Shown: positions 48,811-63,000, counted from the stretch's first letter. The stretch: DNA of 64,000 bases from Marsupella aquatica (GCA_973895155.1 OZ316892.1:8539251-8603250), one strand, 5' to 3'. Program-made: numbers and translations. Notes: generated from the letters alone by a model not told the origin.

Positions 48811-50689
48811 ATAGAGTCCCCCTATTCTATATGGATGTCATAGACCCATTATTGTTGTCTTTTGAGTGCAGTTCAAATCTATGCCAGCCTATCCCATGGG
48901 TGATGATACATTGCCACATTGGTGAAACTTTTCCAATGAAATAGGACAAAAGTACACTAGGGGTTGCAAAACCAGTGCTGATGCTCTTACTGCCAGTAAC
49001 CCCTCCAGAATCACGTGTACATATTCTCCAAACAACTTTTTAAGTACTTTGCTACTAAAGTTATTCTGATTGATAATATCATCACAATTGTTGTGTATTT
49101 ACAAATATGTCATGGTTTTGAATATGGATAACAAGTTCACCAAGAGGAACAATATAGAAAAACCGTGTATTATTTGTAACAATAAAAAACCAAGGGGAAC
49201 CACATAGAAAAACCATGGCTTATTTGTAACAATAAAAATAATGGAGGTATTGTAAAATAGGAACATCCTTAGCGGCAATGTAGGCAATGTAGTTGAAAGC
49301 TGCTTCTTCCAAATTTGTTCGCAGCCTGCTCACTTTGGCATCAGTGAAAAAACCGCTCAGCCGTTTACCGCATAGAAACCCAAAAACCCAAACTGCCGTG
49401 GGAAACGGCTGAACGTCGGTCCGTTTGAGGACGAGGGAGGGGGGGGGCACTAAATGTTTGTTTGGCTTTGCCTTGACAAATTGGACCGCTCGTCCATTTC
49501 GTTCGCTTCTTTCTTGCAACGACTTCGATATGCGTTTTGCCGTCCAACAGGATTACGTTGTGCGTTTCAGTAGTAAAAAACATTTTCGTTTCTGACTGAT
49601 AAATGCGCTTGGACGGAGGTGATGCTGGAGCCCACCTCAGGATTCGTGCTCCTACAATTTCGGTCGTTGGGAATTGTAGGCTCCGGAGTTGTGAGGCCAT
49701 GGAGATCGAGATCGAGGGGTTCCGCTCTACGCGGGGTGGGTGCTGAACTGGACTGCGGGCATAATCAAGACGTTTGGAGAGTCAACACGGATGAAGGTTT
49801 TGACCCGACCAACGGACCAAGGCAGGCTTGGTCTGGGATGCAGAGAAGAATGATCGGAGACTGATGAGAGAGTTGAATCACCGAATTCCAATGACTGATT
49901 GAGAGTGATTGCCGGTTTGATTGATGGGAATTAACTACTAGAGTAGACCGGAGGACGAGAGTGGACTGGGGCCAGAGAATTGGATAGTCGATTGATTTGA
50001 TTATGATTGTTCATTTACCGGTACACTGTGAAACGGTAAGTGAGAGGGATCAATCCGATTTTGATTGCGGTGGGGAGCGGAGGAGAAGGTGGGGCTTTTG
50101 GATTCTGGATGGAGAGTGCGGGAATTGAGAAGAGGAGCGGAATGACCTTTCTGGACTGACACCTGTCGAGAATCGTTTTTGCATACGCATGCCTGCTGTT
50201 GATGCTTCATTTTTCTTGCTGAAGCAGCACAATTTTGGGGGTTTGCTTTTTAGCAAAATTACTGCTGGCTGCCTAGCGTTTGGTGTGCCGGGATCGAGGG
50301 GAAAGGGAGAGGACGGGAGTGAAAAAGTTGGCCTGCCTCGTTGTCTTAACGCTCTCGGATGAGCTGTACCAGTACCAGAATCTACCCTTCTTTTTCGCCA
50401 TCTATTTCTCTCTCGCCTTGATGCCCACCTGGTGACCTGGGTGGGTAGTGGGAACTCTAGCCCTCCACCTTGCCTGCCTGCTTGCATAATACTGTAGGAG
50501 GAGGACAGGCGGGGGAGAGGTGCAAGCAGTAAAACAGGAGATGAGTAGGAGTACTCGACAAACGTACTGTAGGTTGTGAGAAGTTCAAGTGTTGGGTGCT
50601 GCAACAGCACCACTGAAGAAGTGGAAGCCAGAACGCGAGCTTGAGGCTGAGAGGTCTCCTTCCTTCCCCCCTTCTTCCCCTCTTTTGCC

Positions 50690-50900
50690 GCTCCCTCCTC
50701 CTCTCTCTCTCTCCCTCTACTCTCACTCCCCTTGTGCGTCCGACTCTGGCACCATTTCTCGCCTTTGTCTCCCCCTCCCTCCCTCCCTCCCTCCCTCCCC
50801 AAACAAATTTCTGAATCTCTCGGGATTCAAATCACCTGCTCCTGGTCCTGCTGGCTTTCCTGGTTTCTCCTTCGAGTTTCCCGTTTTCTCTCGTTTCTTA
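50690..50900 (+). promoter_or_regulatory. CT-rich (Y-patch/GAGA-type) tract, probable TSS/5' UTR region of the NDL gene
   Basis: CTCTCTCTCT and CCCTCCCTCCCT tracts about 0.8 kb upstream of the predicted start, typical of plant 5' UTRs. Confidence 0.5.
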
Positions 50901-51655
50901 TTCTGCACTATTGAGGACACACGGTCCTCATCTCATTGTAATTATCCCCATTACTCCTTCCTCTCATTTTACTTGTGCGCGGTATGCTCCAACGACGAGT
51001 GTGCGGTGTACGTGCAGGCTGAAACTCAGATTGCAATTTCTTGAATCCCGTTTGTAGATTGGCGTTGAGCACTGCTGTGGTTCGTTTTCCCATTCGGCTC
51101 GATTGGGTGTGTGGAACAATCATCGCAATCCAATTTCTTAAGAAAATGGCGCTGGGAGAGAGCGCCCCGGCGGAGTAGGTGTCCGGGAGCATTACAGATT
51201 TCTTCTCAATTGAAACATTTCGGATATAAGTTCGGATTGCGCTGGATTTCTCTCAGGATTGGAAGTGGGCAATTGGTACTGTTGGCCAGGTGGTGAAGAA
51301 GAGTAACGAACACACGTTGCCGAATTCGGTTCACTAGTGAGACCTACAGATGGAACGCCAAGGGGTCCCTTGAACTGAGGTTTTTCGAAGGAGGAGCCTA
51401 GCCAGGGAATGATCACAGAGATAGACAGACTCGGTACCGGTGGTACTCCTGATTCATCCTTTCGGCCAACTTTACTGGTGCGATTCGCTGCGTTAAGAAA
51501 ATGGACGATTCTTCAAGTTCGACCGGTTCCTATTCCGTGGACATGGATTCGTTATCGCCTTGGGGTGGTCAGGTATGGTAGCGATCCCCGAATCCCTTAC
51601 AAATATTTCCGTCATCATCCTTAACGAGAGGGCGGAACGAAATCATCGGGTGCAA

Positions 51656-54600
51656 ATGAGTTTGTCGTTGGGGCAGTGGAGAGGTGTTTCGCCACAGGTT
51701 GTTAAATGTGTAGTGCAGGTTTCGGGGCCTTGCAAAGTAATGCACATAGGAATTATACATGAAATGATCATTAGCTGACGTTACCACACATGACGCTCAC
51801 AGTGATCACCATCTCCGCGGGTACTTCCCTAGTGAGGCTATTTACAATGATCTCCTCGAGAGCAAACGTGTGAAAACGCATACGCTGACCAATTAATGGG
51901 GACGAGAGAAGCATTCCAATTAGCTGCGGTGATGCATGCAAAGTAGCGAGGACTGTTGTCATACTGATTTCATTACGAAAGTGGTGGAAGCTTCGTGTCC
52001 TTTTCTCATCGTGTCCCTTGGATAGTATACGCGGTGAAGCTTTCCAGTTGAAATAGACCACCACGAAGGGACGAGTATGCTGCTTCTAGAGGAATATCCA
52101 TCGCTGCTCGTATGCTTTCATGCTCCATTGTCCAATTGGATGCTAGCAACTTCGCTCGTTGCCCTGTGTGGGCTCCTCTAGCGCCCTGCCGTTACTTTTC
52201 GCTGATGCCACGTCCAGGCATGGCAAGCACTGCTCTTCACTTGGTAGCAACGCACCATCTGGAAAGTTATTTTGTCACTCACCAGTTTATATCTTCACCA
52301 GTTGCGAACATCTCTCGCTTGGGTTTGAGAAAGTTTGCCCTTCGTGACTTTTCGTTCCGGGCTGCCCAAGCGTCTGAAATCGGATTTTTAGCTGCCAATT
52401 TCATGCCATGCCAACATTACAGTGCCAGCGGAAGAGGGTTCACTTTTTTGATTGTTTCCAGTTTTGTCAAACCATCCGTAGAAAGAGTGTGGTCAAGGCA
52501 TTTGGAGCCTGTAGGTCGCCTGCCCTAATTTAGTCGTATTGGCGCTCATGCACGCTATCATTCTACCTGCAACCATTCGGAGGAGGTTGAATGATCTCCT
52601 GGACCCCACCGTTGAATAAGTAAAGGGACGCATTGCGGCTCGTCGTTCATCCCTATGGCCTCTAAGCTCTACGTATACAAGCTTGCATCGATGGCTTTCA
52701 TGGCCTCTCCTGGGCGGATTTGAAGAGTGCTGAGAGGGTGTTCTTGGCAAGATTTTGTGTGTAGACATATCTAAAATTCTGCGGCATACCTACAGTTCGC
52801 CACGTCCCGATTGTCGTCCTGGCTGAAGTGTAACATGCCGTTGAAAGTTCAGATGTTGGATTTTGATTTCATTCTTCATTACTGTCTTGGAAATTTTTGA
52901 GGTCTGTGCACACCAAGGCAAGCCAAGTCGGAATCTGATGGGCTTATTTTCTCTCTATCATGATTGTCCAGGAACACATGGTTCCAACAAATTTCGGCCC
53001 CATCTCGGTGCAAATTTATGGCGACCAGGGGAAGCCTGCTCTCATCACATACCCTGACGTGGGCCTAAACAGTGAGTACGACCTTCCTACGGCATTCTCA
53101 CATGGATTAATTGGAATCCGCATGAAACGACAGGAGTTCAATTACTTGATCTAATTTCAAGGCGGCTGATGTGGTCGTTAAACTATCGTCTTTGGCTTGC
53201 TGACCTTGCGTCGTTTTCCGTCCCTATCTGTGATCCAGGCGCGACGTGCTTCCAAGGCTTCTTCTCCTGCCCCGAGGCTTCATCACTGCTGCTCCACAAT
53301 TTCTGCATATATCACGTTGATCCGCCTGGCCACGAGGTCCGTTGGAACTGTGAAATGGTCGTACCAGAGCTTTTAGAATCAGTGGCACGCATTAGAATTG
53401 TCCCGCAGCTCTCGGGCACAGTTGACAACTTTCGGCATGATGCACCTGAACGCATTTTACATGTTTATCCTCATATGCCTCCTCATTTTATGCCCCGAGG
53501 TGGTGGGTCCTCGTTTGGTATGACTGTTAGTCTGGGCACCTACCTCCTCCGGAGGTAAGGGTTCAAGAGGAAGTTCCTGGAGTCCATTTGGGGACTGACA
53601 TTGGATACCTGTGGGGCATTCCTTTTTGCAGCATGGAGCGAGTCAAATACCGGACGAGCAGCCAGTTCCTTGCGTGGACGATCTAGCAGACCAAGTGGCC
53701 GAGATCTTGGATTACTTCGGATTGCACGAAGTAATTGGATTGGGCGTGACGGCGGGTGCTTATGTTCTCACTCACCTTGCGGTTCGTCTCTTCACATTTA
53801 CCCTCAAGTGAAATAATAATCCGAGCGAATTGAGTTGACTCGGCACAATCAAACGCTTTAAACTCTTCCCTGGACTAGTAGCTAGAAGCAGATGTTTCCT
53901 CATCACCAACTGAAAGACTGTAGTATGCCATTATTTACAAAATATGAGCTCATCCAATGTCAGCCTACGGTCCCAAAGGCCTAGCCTTGAGCTAACTCAT
54001 TTAAGCCAAGGCATCGCTTGAAATTCTTGAGTTGGCCATTTTGGGATGGGCTCTTTCTTCCGCTGCCCGTCATCTTATGATTTGGAGTGGACAAACCTTT
54101 TTTTTCCTTCCCAAGTCTGGGCTGTCAAATTCTGGGCACTATTTATTTCCCTTCGGACACGATGGGCTATCAAAATAATCTGTCGCTCTGGACCTCGTTT
54201 GCATATTTTCGTGATTTCCACTTCCGAATCCCGGCCTCCCTCTGTGCGAGTGTGTTCGAGTGCGCTGCTTAGTTAGCTGGCAAACCAGCGGTTGTGACTA
54301 GGAAGTGATGGGAACCCATCACCAGTACTTTCTTGGAGAGCAACTGGCATTGTGCACGTGAAGGAAACGTAAGTAGAGGCTCTGCATGGTCTCAGAATGA
54401 GTAAGGCTGTGAGATTGAGCTGTGAGTGAGTTAGTAGGACACGGCCAAGAACATACTTACTGATCTTCTGCGTTGGTGGCCCATCTGGATGTGTGTCGTA
54501 CAGCTGAAGTACAGAGAGCGTGTACTTGGACTGATTCTTGTCTCGCCCATCTGTCAAGCTCCAAGCTGGTCGGAATGGATCTACAATAAGGCTCTCATCA

Positions 54601-57600
54601 ATCTGATGTACTACTGGGGCATGACCAACATTGTAAAAGAGGCTTTCCTACAGCGCTATTTCGGACCGGTACCACACTCTCCTCACCACGCTCACAATAC
54701 AACTGACTAGGACAGTGACATGTCTCTTCGAAGACACGATTCTGATTTGCAAAATGTTGGCGTGAAGAATGATGAACGTCTGATTTTGACAAGTTAGAAA
54801 GTTGGTCGTGCACGTTCATGGCGAGCGTTCTTTCTGATTGAGGGCGTACTTCCTTCTGTTGGGGCCGAATTGTGTGCACAGGAGACACGATTGTCGAGTC
54901 TCATGGGGTCGTACAGGAGGATTTTAGATGAGGGGCAGCCCCACAACATCATGCGCTTCATGCAGACGATCCACCAACGGAAGGACTTGACACCCGGGCT
55001 GAGGAAGCTCAAATGCAGGACTCTGATCATCGTTGGAGAGCAGTCGCCGTTCCATTCCGAAGCCCACCACACCAGCAACGCGATGGACCGCCGCTACAAC
55101 GCCTTAATTGAGGTGAGTGCGTCATCGTTGGCATCCCTCGACTGACCTCTCATCATCACTCATCGGACGCTCTTGTCATTCTCTGGTCGCTTTGCTTCAC
55201 TTCCCTTTCACTAAATCTTTCTGTGAACTGTCCTCTCCTCCTGTGTGCCCCATAATGCCACATGACCGCTCCACCTTTCTCTGAAATTGGAACGGGTTAT
55301 TAGTTCTCTGCTTTTCCGTGCGGCGTGGCGACCAACATGAGCACCTTATTAGGTCCCTCTAAACCACCACCTGAGAGCTAGAGTTGCTCCAACTACCTGA
55401 ACCAGGAAAAAGTTGTTCTCCACTAAGTTTCATGAAGAGCGTCCACAGTCCACGCTAAGTTGACCGCTGGTATGGTACGTAGAGAGTCTCCAAGTCTCTA
55501 AGTTGGACTGCTCTAAGATCCTAGTAGGTGGAGATGCTCTATGTCTCTGAGTTGGACTGCTCTAAGATAGTTCCTAGTAGGTAGAGACGCTTTAAGTCTC
55601 TAAGTTGGACTGCTATAAGATAGTTCCTAGTAGGTAGAGATGCTCTAAGTGTCAAAGTTGGACTGCTCTAAGGTGACAGTTCCGTGAAGGGTCTCCTATT
55701 AACTTGGACTTCTCTAAGATAGTCCAGGGAGGGGTCTCCTATCAGCTTCGACTGCTGTAAAGCAGTGTAGGCAGGTGCCTGTAGCCTAGAAGTTGGACTG
55801 CTGTAGTAGTTGGTGCCTCTGAGTCTCTTAGTTGGACTGCTCCTAGATAAAACTGCTGAAGAGTCTAAACTTGGGGACAGCTCTAAGACGGACACTAAGG
55901 AGTTTAAACAGTTTGGGACGGCTCTCAGATCCACTTCTGAAGCATGTCTGAACCTGGGTTATGAGCGCCTGATGAGGCTTTAAAGTTGGGTTGCTCAACA
56001 AGATAGTCTTCAGAGGGTTTTAAATTAGGATTGATTCCTTATCTACAGTGCCTGATTGTCACAGTCATGCCCACGCATGATCGGGTGTGAGTCTCCTACA
56101 GAGTTGGGTTCGCTCACCGACGAGTTTACACCTCCGTTTCTAAAGACTTCTTTCACATCCTGTGCCTGACGGAACATGAACGAGGACTCTACTATAGTGG
56201 ACTGCCGTAGTGATGAATGAATTGGCCCTTTGTTGTTGTTCTTGTCTTGGGACCCTGCGATCAATCGGACATGCACGAGGGGTCTCGACAAGCAACTGTA
56301 GATCGGCTGAGTTGTCTCTCTTTCTGTGGGCCATGCCAATAAAAGGGCCAGCAAACAATTCTTGTATAGCATCCCGCTATGGCGTGCTTGCTTACCTTTT
56401 TTTTACCTTTCGCTCCATTATTCTCGCTCAGCGTGGCCCACCACGGAAGGGAGATTGTGAATTATTGGACGTCATGACGTTCATGGCGTGCGAAGGTTTG
56501 TGGTGTGTCACCCCATCCTGACGTCAAGCTTTCAGCGAGTAGTAGATTGGAGCCCAACCGGGTGATCAAGCACAATTAAGTATCAGGCATTCCGTGGTAC
56601 TTTTTTGTTCCCTGTGCTTGCCTCTTCTGTCCACAACTTTTCCTTCTACTGTCGTAGATGGCCTATAGTATTCGCGACTTTGGGAATCTCTTGGAAAAGA
56701 GAAAGAAGAGCCTACCGAGTTGCCAATTGTTGAGAGGCTCCCAGGAGTTCTCGACGCTCTGACGTGGAACTGAGGGCACGGACTTAGACCGGAGAGTGCA
56801 GCTAGCCCACGGTAGTAGACAGTTCTCTAGTGTCTGACATAGCAATGCTATGGAGATGACCTGTATCCCAATTCTGCTTTTGGAGGGTGATGTACCCTTT
56901 AATTGCTTTCCAGACTGGACTGCATGGAGTCCTGTAGACGCAACGGATTCCCGGGTGACCCGACGTCCTCAGCATACCTTCTGTGAAGATTAGATGGGTT
57001 TTTTTCAAATCTAATAGTTATGCTTTCTTTTAAGCGCGGATTGACTTCTGGAGGAGTAGGAGTGGAAGACCCACTAATTGAGTTCACTTATTCAATCGCA
57101 GTGCTTATGTCCACTTGCGATTTCGTGTAGTTTCTCTTAATATACAAGAGGAAACATCATCATTATTTAGGTGGATATCTCGCACATGGGGACAAAACCC
57201 GACCGATTCTGTCTATGTATGAACATATTTTTGGTGGGAAAGTCAATCCACTTTTTGACATGATTGTTCGTAGTCGGAAAGTCAACTGGGCTGGAGGTAG
57301 AAAATTTTAGCAGTTTTAAGTAATTATTTTTGTGAAGTAAAGCACAAAGGCTTGACCTTATGTGCATTTCCTTTTTTTGTGCAGGTTCAAGCATGCGGAT
57401 CGCTGGTGACAGAGGAGCAACCGCACTCCATGCTGGTACCGATCGAGTACTTTCTGATGGGATACGGATTCTTCAGGCCTCCGCAACTCACTAGCCACTC
57501 TACTCCTACTAGCCCTCTAAGCCCCCCATGTATCTCATCCGAATTATTATCTCCGGAAAGCCTCGGCCTAAAACTTAAACCCATAAAAACCCGTATAGCC

Positions 57601-57621
57601 ATGGCGGAAGAGTGTTGCTGA
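51656..57621 (+). CDS. NDL: NDL / NDRG-family protein (N-MYC downregulated-like, SF21-like alpha/beta-hydrolase fold), about 340 aa
   Basis: Exons: 51656-51697 (tentative; in-frame ATG also at 51575), 52972-53071, 53239-53336, 53632-53781, 54504-54668, 54882-55112, 57385-57621. All introns are GT-AG and phase-consistent. Hallmarks [57 protein letters not shown] and [18 protein letters not shown] match plant NDL proteins. Confidence 0.95.
55480..56000. repeat. Intronic tandem array of ~11 GTTGGACTGCTCTAA-like motifs at roughly 40-55 bp spacing
   Basis: Motif copies at about 55502, 55551, 55604, 55657, 55703, 55746, 55792, 55831, 55871, 55912 and 55985. The first units also contain G(T/A)GAGATGCTCTA. 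Confidence 0.85.
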
Positions 57622-60074
57622 CTTCGTTGGGAATAGTCCATAGAGTAAGAGAGACGAAAGAGATTTTGAGAGTATAAGAAGTTTTTCGGAGGCTGGGATT
57701 TGCTGTGATTGATACATCTAATCACTCATGGAACTTACCCCCCTCCATGCCCGCTTCTTCGTAACAAAGCCCTCAAGTTGATGTGTGCAGTCCTGACACT
57801 AGTGTATCTCCGCTGATCAGAACTGCCCACATCAGTGCTTGAGATCTGTAGATGAGAGGAAAAACGCTCCTTGTTCTTCCACGTCGAAGGCCAAGCGGGT
57901 ACTAGTAGTAAATGTGTAGATTGTTATTCTTGGTGGAGAAATGCACACCATTTGATACTGCAAAAGATATCCAAGACCAACTAGCGAAAGGAAAGAATCC
58001 TGTGACACATTGCAAAATAAAAGGAACCTGTACATTATTTACCATTACTCCTCCCAGATATGCAGCAGCTTAGTGTCTCAACTCTTAGCTTAGTGCCTCT
58101 GGGTTGTGTAGAAAGAAAGAGAACAAGGCGAGGCCGACTGAGACAACCTGGTCGCACCTTCAATGTCAGTGGCTACTATTCTGCTTTGGATCCTCGTCCT
58201 TCTTGCAGCCCTCCGACCGTGGAGTTGCATGAGGTCGACTGTCATCAATACACGTGCAATAAAGGATCTGTATTATACTCTTATTGCCATCTTTGCGTCA
58301 CCAATTCCTGTTGCATCATACTTGAATTGAATTTGGACCATCAATCATCCTCTCTGACCTCCAATTGTCATTTCTTTAGATAGGAGATTAGAGAGGATTA
58401 GAGAGGATGTCTGAACGTGTTGCACACTGAAGCATCTGCGGACATGTCGCATAAAATTCGTAAGACAGAATGCCGTTCAAGTTTGTAGGTAGCCGATGTT
58501 GTAGTAACCAAATTGAACTTCCAATTTTGCTAATCCTCTCGATGTTAACTTGAATTTCCGGACGAGCAACCTCGACATGTCCGTGGATTTCAATATTCAA
58601 TTAAGACGTGCCGTTAAATACTACAGGTAGCCTACGTTTGCAGCGATGAAAGTGAGCTTCCATTTCCTGTAGCCCTTCAAATTCATGCCCTAATTGCATG
58701 TTGACGTTCATCCAAACATGGTGGCGAATGTTGGGGGGCATGAAACCGGAAGTACAGAATTTAGGTTGAATCCAATCGAAGAGAATGGAGAGATATGTGC
58801 TTAAATGCCTGAACGTTCTATGTTAGTTTGATTAGTGCCACGAGTCACGTGAACATTTCACCCATGCCAGCTCAAAATTAACGTCGATCGGTCTGTCCCC
58901 TGCTGCCACCTTACTGACCTACAGATCTCATCTGCTCGGCAGTTTCTTGACTCTCCATGGAATTGGAGTAGCTACGAAGACTACAAAGGGAAACTCTCTG
59001 CGATGTCTGCTGAAATTTTGCCTTCATTTTGAGATAGTGTTTCAAATCGGTTCATGGTTTGGAAGTTCATATCATATGTTTTTTAGGAGTTTCTTTGATC
59101 ATCTCGGCCTTGACCCTTTTCTCCATTGTGGTTTGTACTTAGTTGACAAACATCCAACAGAAAAAGTATCGTAACTATCTCTAAACCTTCAATAAGGTTT
59201 CATGACAAATATCCAATTGAACAGAGAAGTATCACAACTATCCTTAAGGTCTTAACAAATTGCCAAAGATACTCTTCCTGTCCTTGTAGATAAGACTTAG
59301 TGTGGATCTCGGATGTGCGTTTCTATGAACAGTTCTATTTAAAAGTCATCACACCACTTCAACCATCAGATGCTTTTTATAATTGGTTGAGAGGCCCAAA
59401 GTGACCACACGACTTCTAGACTGTTTGAATGTGTGCTTGAATTAAGACCATCCATACCAGTTGCACCCTCCTCCCACCTTTTTTTATTTGTACTTAGCAG
59501 TGCAATTATCTGGAGTAATACTGGGGCAGATATGTGAAGGCCCTGGGCCGATCTTTCCACCTACCAAAAATAAGATAAATCTGAGTCATGCTCCAAACAC
59601 CCTACAGCCCTTTTACAAGGGCAATGTCCCCTGAAAAAACCCTCTGGCAGACCTGCCTTCAGGCTTTATCCAGGACGATGCCCTCATGAGCGAGGTTTAC
59701 TATACACATTAAAGAGACAGTCAAGGCAAAAGCCAAGTATGTAATCATGACGACGCAGGCTATCATCGTCAACTAATAGGTAAGATCTACATCCTTCTAA
59801 CGGCAATGAAATCGACATTACTCTCTTAACCGAGCATCTCTCATTCAGTCAGAAAATGTGGAGCTGGAAATATCGCTGACGAAGCAAGGTCCCAACAATT
59901 TCAGCCAGCCAACCGGTGGTCCATTCACAAACGCTGACTGATCATAAAAATTGAAAGTCGTGGCTTTTTAAATTTATGGGACAGGATAAAACTCCAAAGA
60001 ATGACTGAACGGAGCAGCCTATAGAATGGACCGTAACAAAGCGATTACGGACTAGAACCAGAGCAAAAAGTGGC

Positions 60075-63000
60075 TCATCCATTCTCTGTCCACACAAAAG
60101 CTAGTAATACAAGAGCAAACAAGCCGGTCAGAACGGAAGCAGCATAGATCCATTCGGTCAATTTCAGCCGTGAGCTCGCTTGCCCGGTCTTCTCAACTTC
60201 GCTCAAAATCTTGCGAATTTTCTCCATGTCGCCGTCCTTGGCAGCTTTAACGAACGCATCTTCGTTCTTCATCATTAGCTTGCTCTTCAGGAATTTCACC
60301 TCGTCTCGTCTTGACCACAAGAAGCTAGTCAGTCTCCACAGCAGTATGCCCATGTATATTCCAGCCACCACATCCACACTGTAATGGTGGCGTTCTCTTA
60401 TCTCCCTTTGGGCAGAATGGAGAACCAGCAACCACACTAACCCAGCGGTCCACCCTGGGTATGCTTCCTGCAAACAATGTGCATTTTACTCCCACATGAT
60501 TGCCATAAACACAAAAGGCTAATCTTGGGAAGCCAGGGCTGGAAATACACCTCCATATATGCACTCCGTTATATGTGTAGCAGAACATAGCGATTAAAAA
60601 GCAAGAACATTATACTAATCATACTGAAACAATACGGACCTTATGAGTCTCCTGCAAAAATTAACGAAAACAAACCTCAAAAAACCTAGGCTGTTGACTA
60701 AAACCATGCACATTTTCCAGTTAATAGTGAGATAGATGGGACAACGCACCGTCCATGCCATGGCAGTGAGAACAGAGACCAAGATGTGTCCACTGAAAAT
60801 TAAATCATTGCAACCGCCTCCAGCTCGTTTCAGCGTAGAAAACCAGGACTCCCCTTGAAATTCGGGGAAGTTCTCGGGATCCGGAGGCCTCAGGAGATTA
60901 ACCAAGAACTGCATGCTGCCCCAGTTGGGTACGTACTCGGCTGGGTACTCTGCTGCGGAAGCTGCAATGGCGACAATGGCACCATTGGTAATGTAGCCAT
61001 AAGATGTATATCTCTTGCTTTGACCAAGGAGAGACATAAGCGCACAATGAAATTACTGCTGTCCATGTCACCTATTCAATGTTATAACCTATGTAGCAGG
61101 ATACAGTTTGCTTCACCATTTCTACCCCCACAAAAAAGGACTCACAGGCATTTCATATGCATTGGCTAGTTTCACTAAGCATAGACAAGAGGTGAGACTC
61201 GGAAAAGTTTGATTGAAAAAGTTACATTGTTACTCATCTTACCAATAAGTTCATCATTTCGTAAAAGCTTCCGAACCATCTCCGGATTGCTTGCATAAGG
61301 AATGTAATACTTTTGGGCCCAGGGGTGAGGATGACTTGCAGTTCGGAAACGGCCATGAGCGCACCAAGGCCGCGCTGATGGAATGATTGTAGGGACGAAG
61401 GTCATCACACGTAGAAGCCGACCAATCCCCATGGCAAACATGTATCGTGCTCCGAGACCCATGCCTGGAGCTTTCACACAGTCGTAAAGTACAGAGAAGG
61501 GCAGGAAAAGGAACAGTATCAAATAGTGGTGAAGACCAATCAAGGGAGCACGAAGAACGGTCACCATCCATGGAGGAAGCTGTTCATTCAGGTAAAGAAA
61601 CAGCCATTGCCCAGTGTCAGGGAGGGGTGCTGAAGCCCTGCACAATACGATGGCATGAAACCATGTAAGGCTGTTGCAGTAGATAAATCACAAATACGAC
61701 CCACCAGAACCAAGCTCTTCAGCAGACATAAGTCTTTGCAAACACAAACTGTTCAAGTGATCAAACCAAGCATATATACGACGGCAGGACTCAAAATTTA
61801 CTGATGCAAATTATCCATATCAGAGGCCGCATAAGCCACCTATAGGAACATACAAAATAGATACGCTCAAGACCTTAGGCACCATCATTCTCAGACGTCA
61901 TTTGAATAGGTGAACCTTCCGATCGAGCGGGGATACTTAGGGGTAGAAAAACCACGATGGACCAGGCAGAGATGCATACACACAGATACTTGTAGTTCTG
62001 TAACAACATTTCTAATTCAGACATTGGTGACATGAAAGCAACCGGCTTAAAAGAAGCTTAGGGCATTATACAAATGTCCTCTGAAGGAAGGACATAAAAA
62101 TGCCCTTTGAAGGAATGCTCAATTCGAGAGCCGGCATGAGTGAAGAGGAAATAGCTGTCGTTATCTACTTTAAGATTCGAGCATCGTGGCAGAGTAAGAC
62201 TACCACTGGAGGACTTCACAAGTTTCTGCACGCAATGTATGAGATTCCAAGTACACTAGCAGATTAGAGAACTGTCTTTTAACCGACTAATTACAAACAG
62301 GGCCACTAAAACATGTAAGAAATTCTATGTCCAGGACAGTTACGAACAGCCGATACACCATGAAGCGAACGAGCGTGACTTATCCTATGTATTATACTTA
62401 ACCAACCCGCCCTCGACAATTCAGCAGACATCACACAAATCTCTGGGAACAGTACCATGAATTTGACCTCTAGCAGACAAATGAAGCCACAATAACAGGA
62501 CCCCAAAACGACAATTGACCGGCTGCTACGTGCAATTTGGATGCAAAGCCAGAAAACGATGAACGAACTGAATGTCACTTCCACATGGACCCAATCCGGC
62601 CATGACACCAGAAATTTTGTGTAGGTTTCCAATTTCAGCGTCGCTGACAAGGAGGCGAAAGAAAAAACGGAATATTATAGAATAAGCCGCTTGCTCACTA
62701 AACGCAGTATTCAAGCTATACTCCTAATAAATTCAGAACCTGCACGAAGATTGACCTCCAAAATTTGTTACTCTCCTACAAACCTGAGGAGTTACTTTAT
62801 CTTTAGTCCGACCGATTAATCGTAGAAACTGAGGGGATGATTCAAGAGAGTCAGTGAATGAGTTTTTGGATTGAATGATTGATGTCGGAAGGAAGGAAGA
62901 CGACAGTACACGGGGTGGAGTACAGAGCCACAATTGGAAATTCTACATCTGCGAGAGAGAATGTAAGAATCAATTTGAAAGATTTACAATCTCCAATTCG

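Noticed and set aside
50050-51044. 250-aa minus and 151-aa plus ORFs
   Set aside because: They are driven by CT/GA microsatellite-like tracts of the NDL promoter/5' UTR, have non-ATG starts and show no domain.
55480-56000. CRISPR-like repeat-spacer appearance
   Set aside because: It lies in an intron of a plant gene, the spacers are related to one another, the repeats are short and degenerate, and there are no cas genes.
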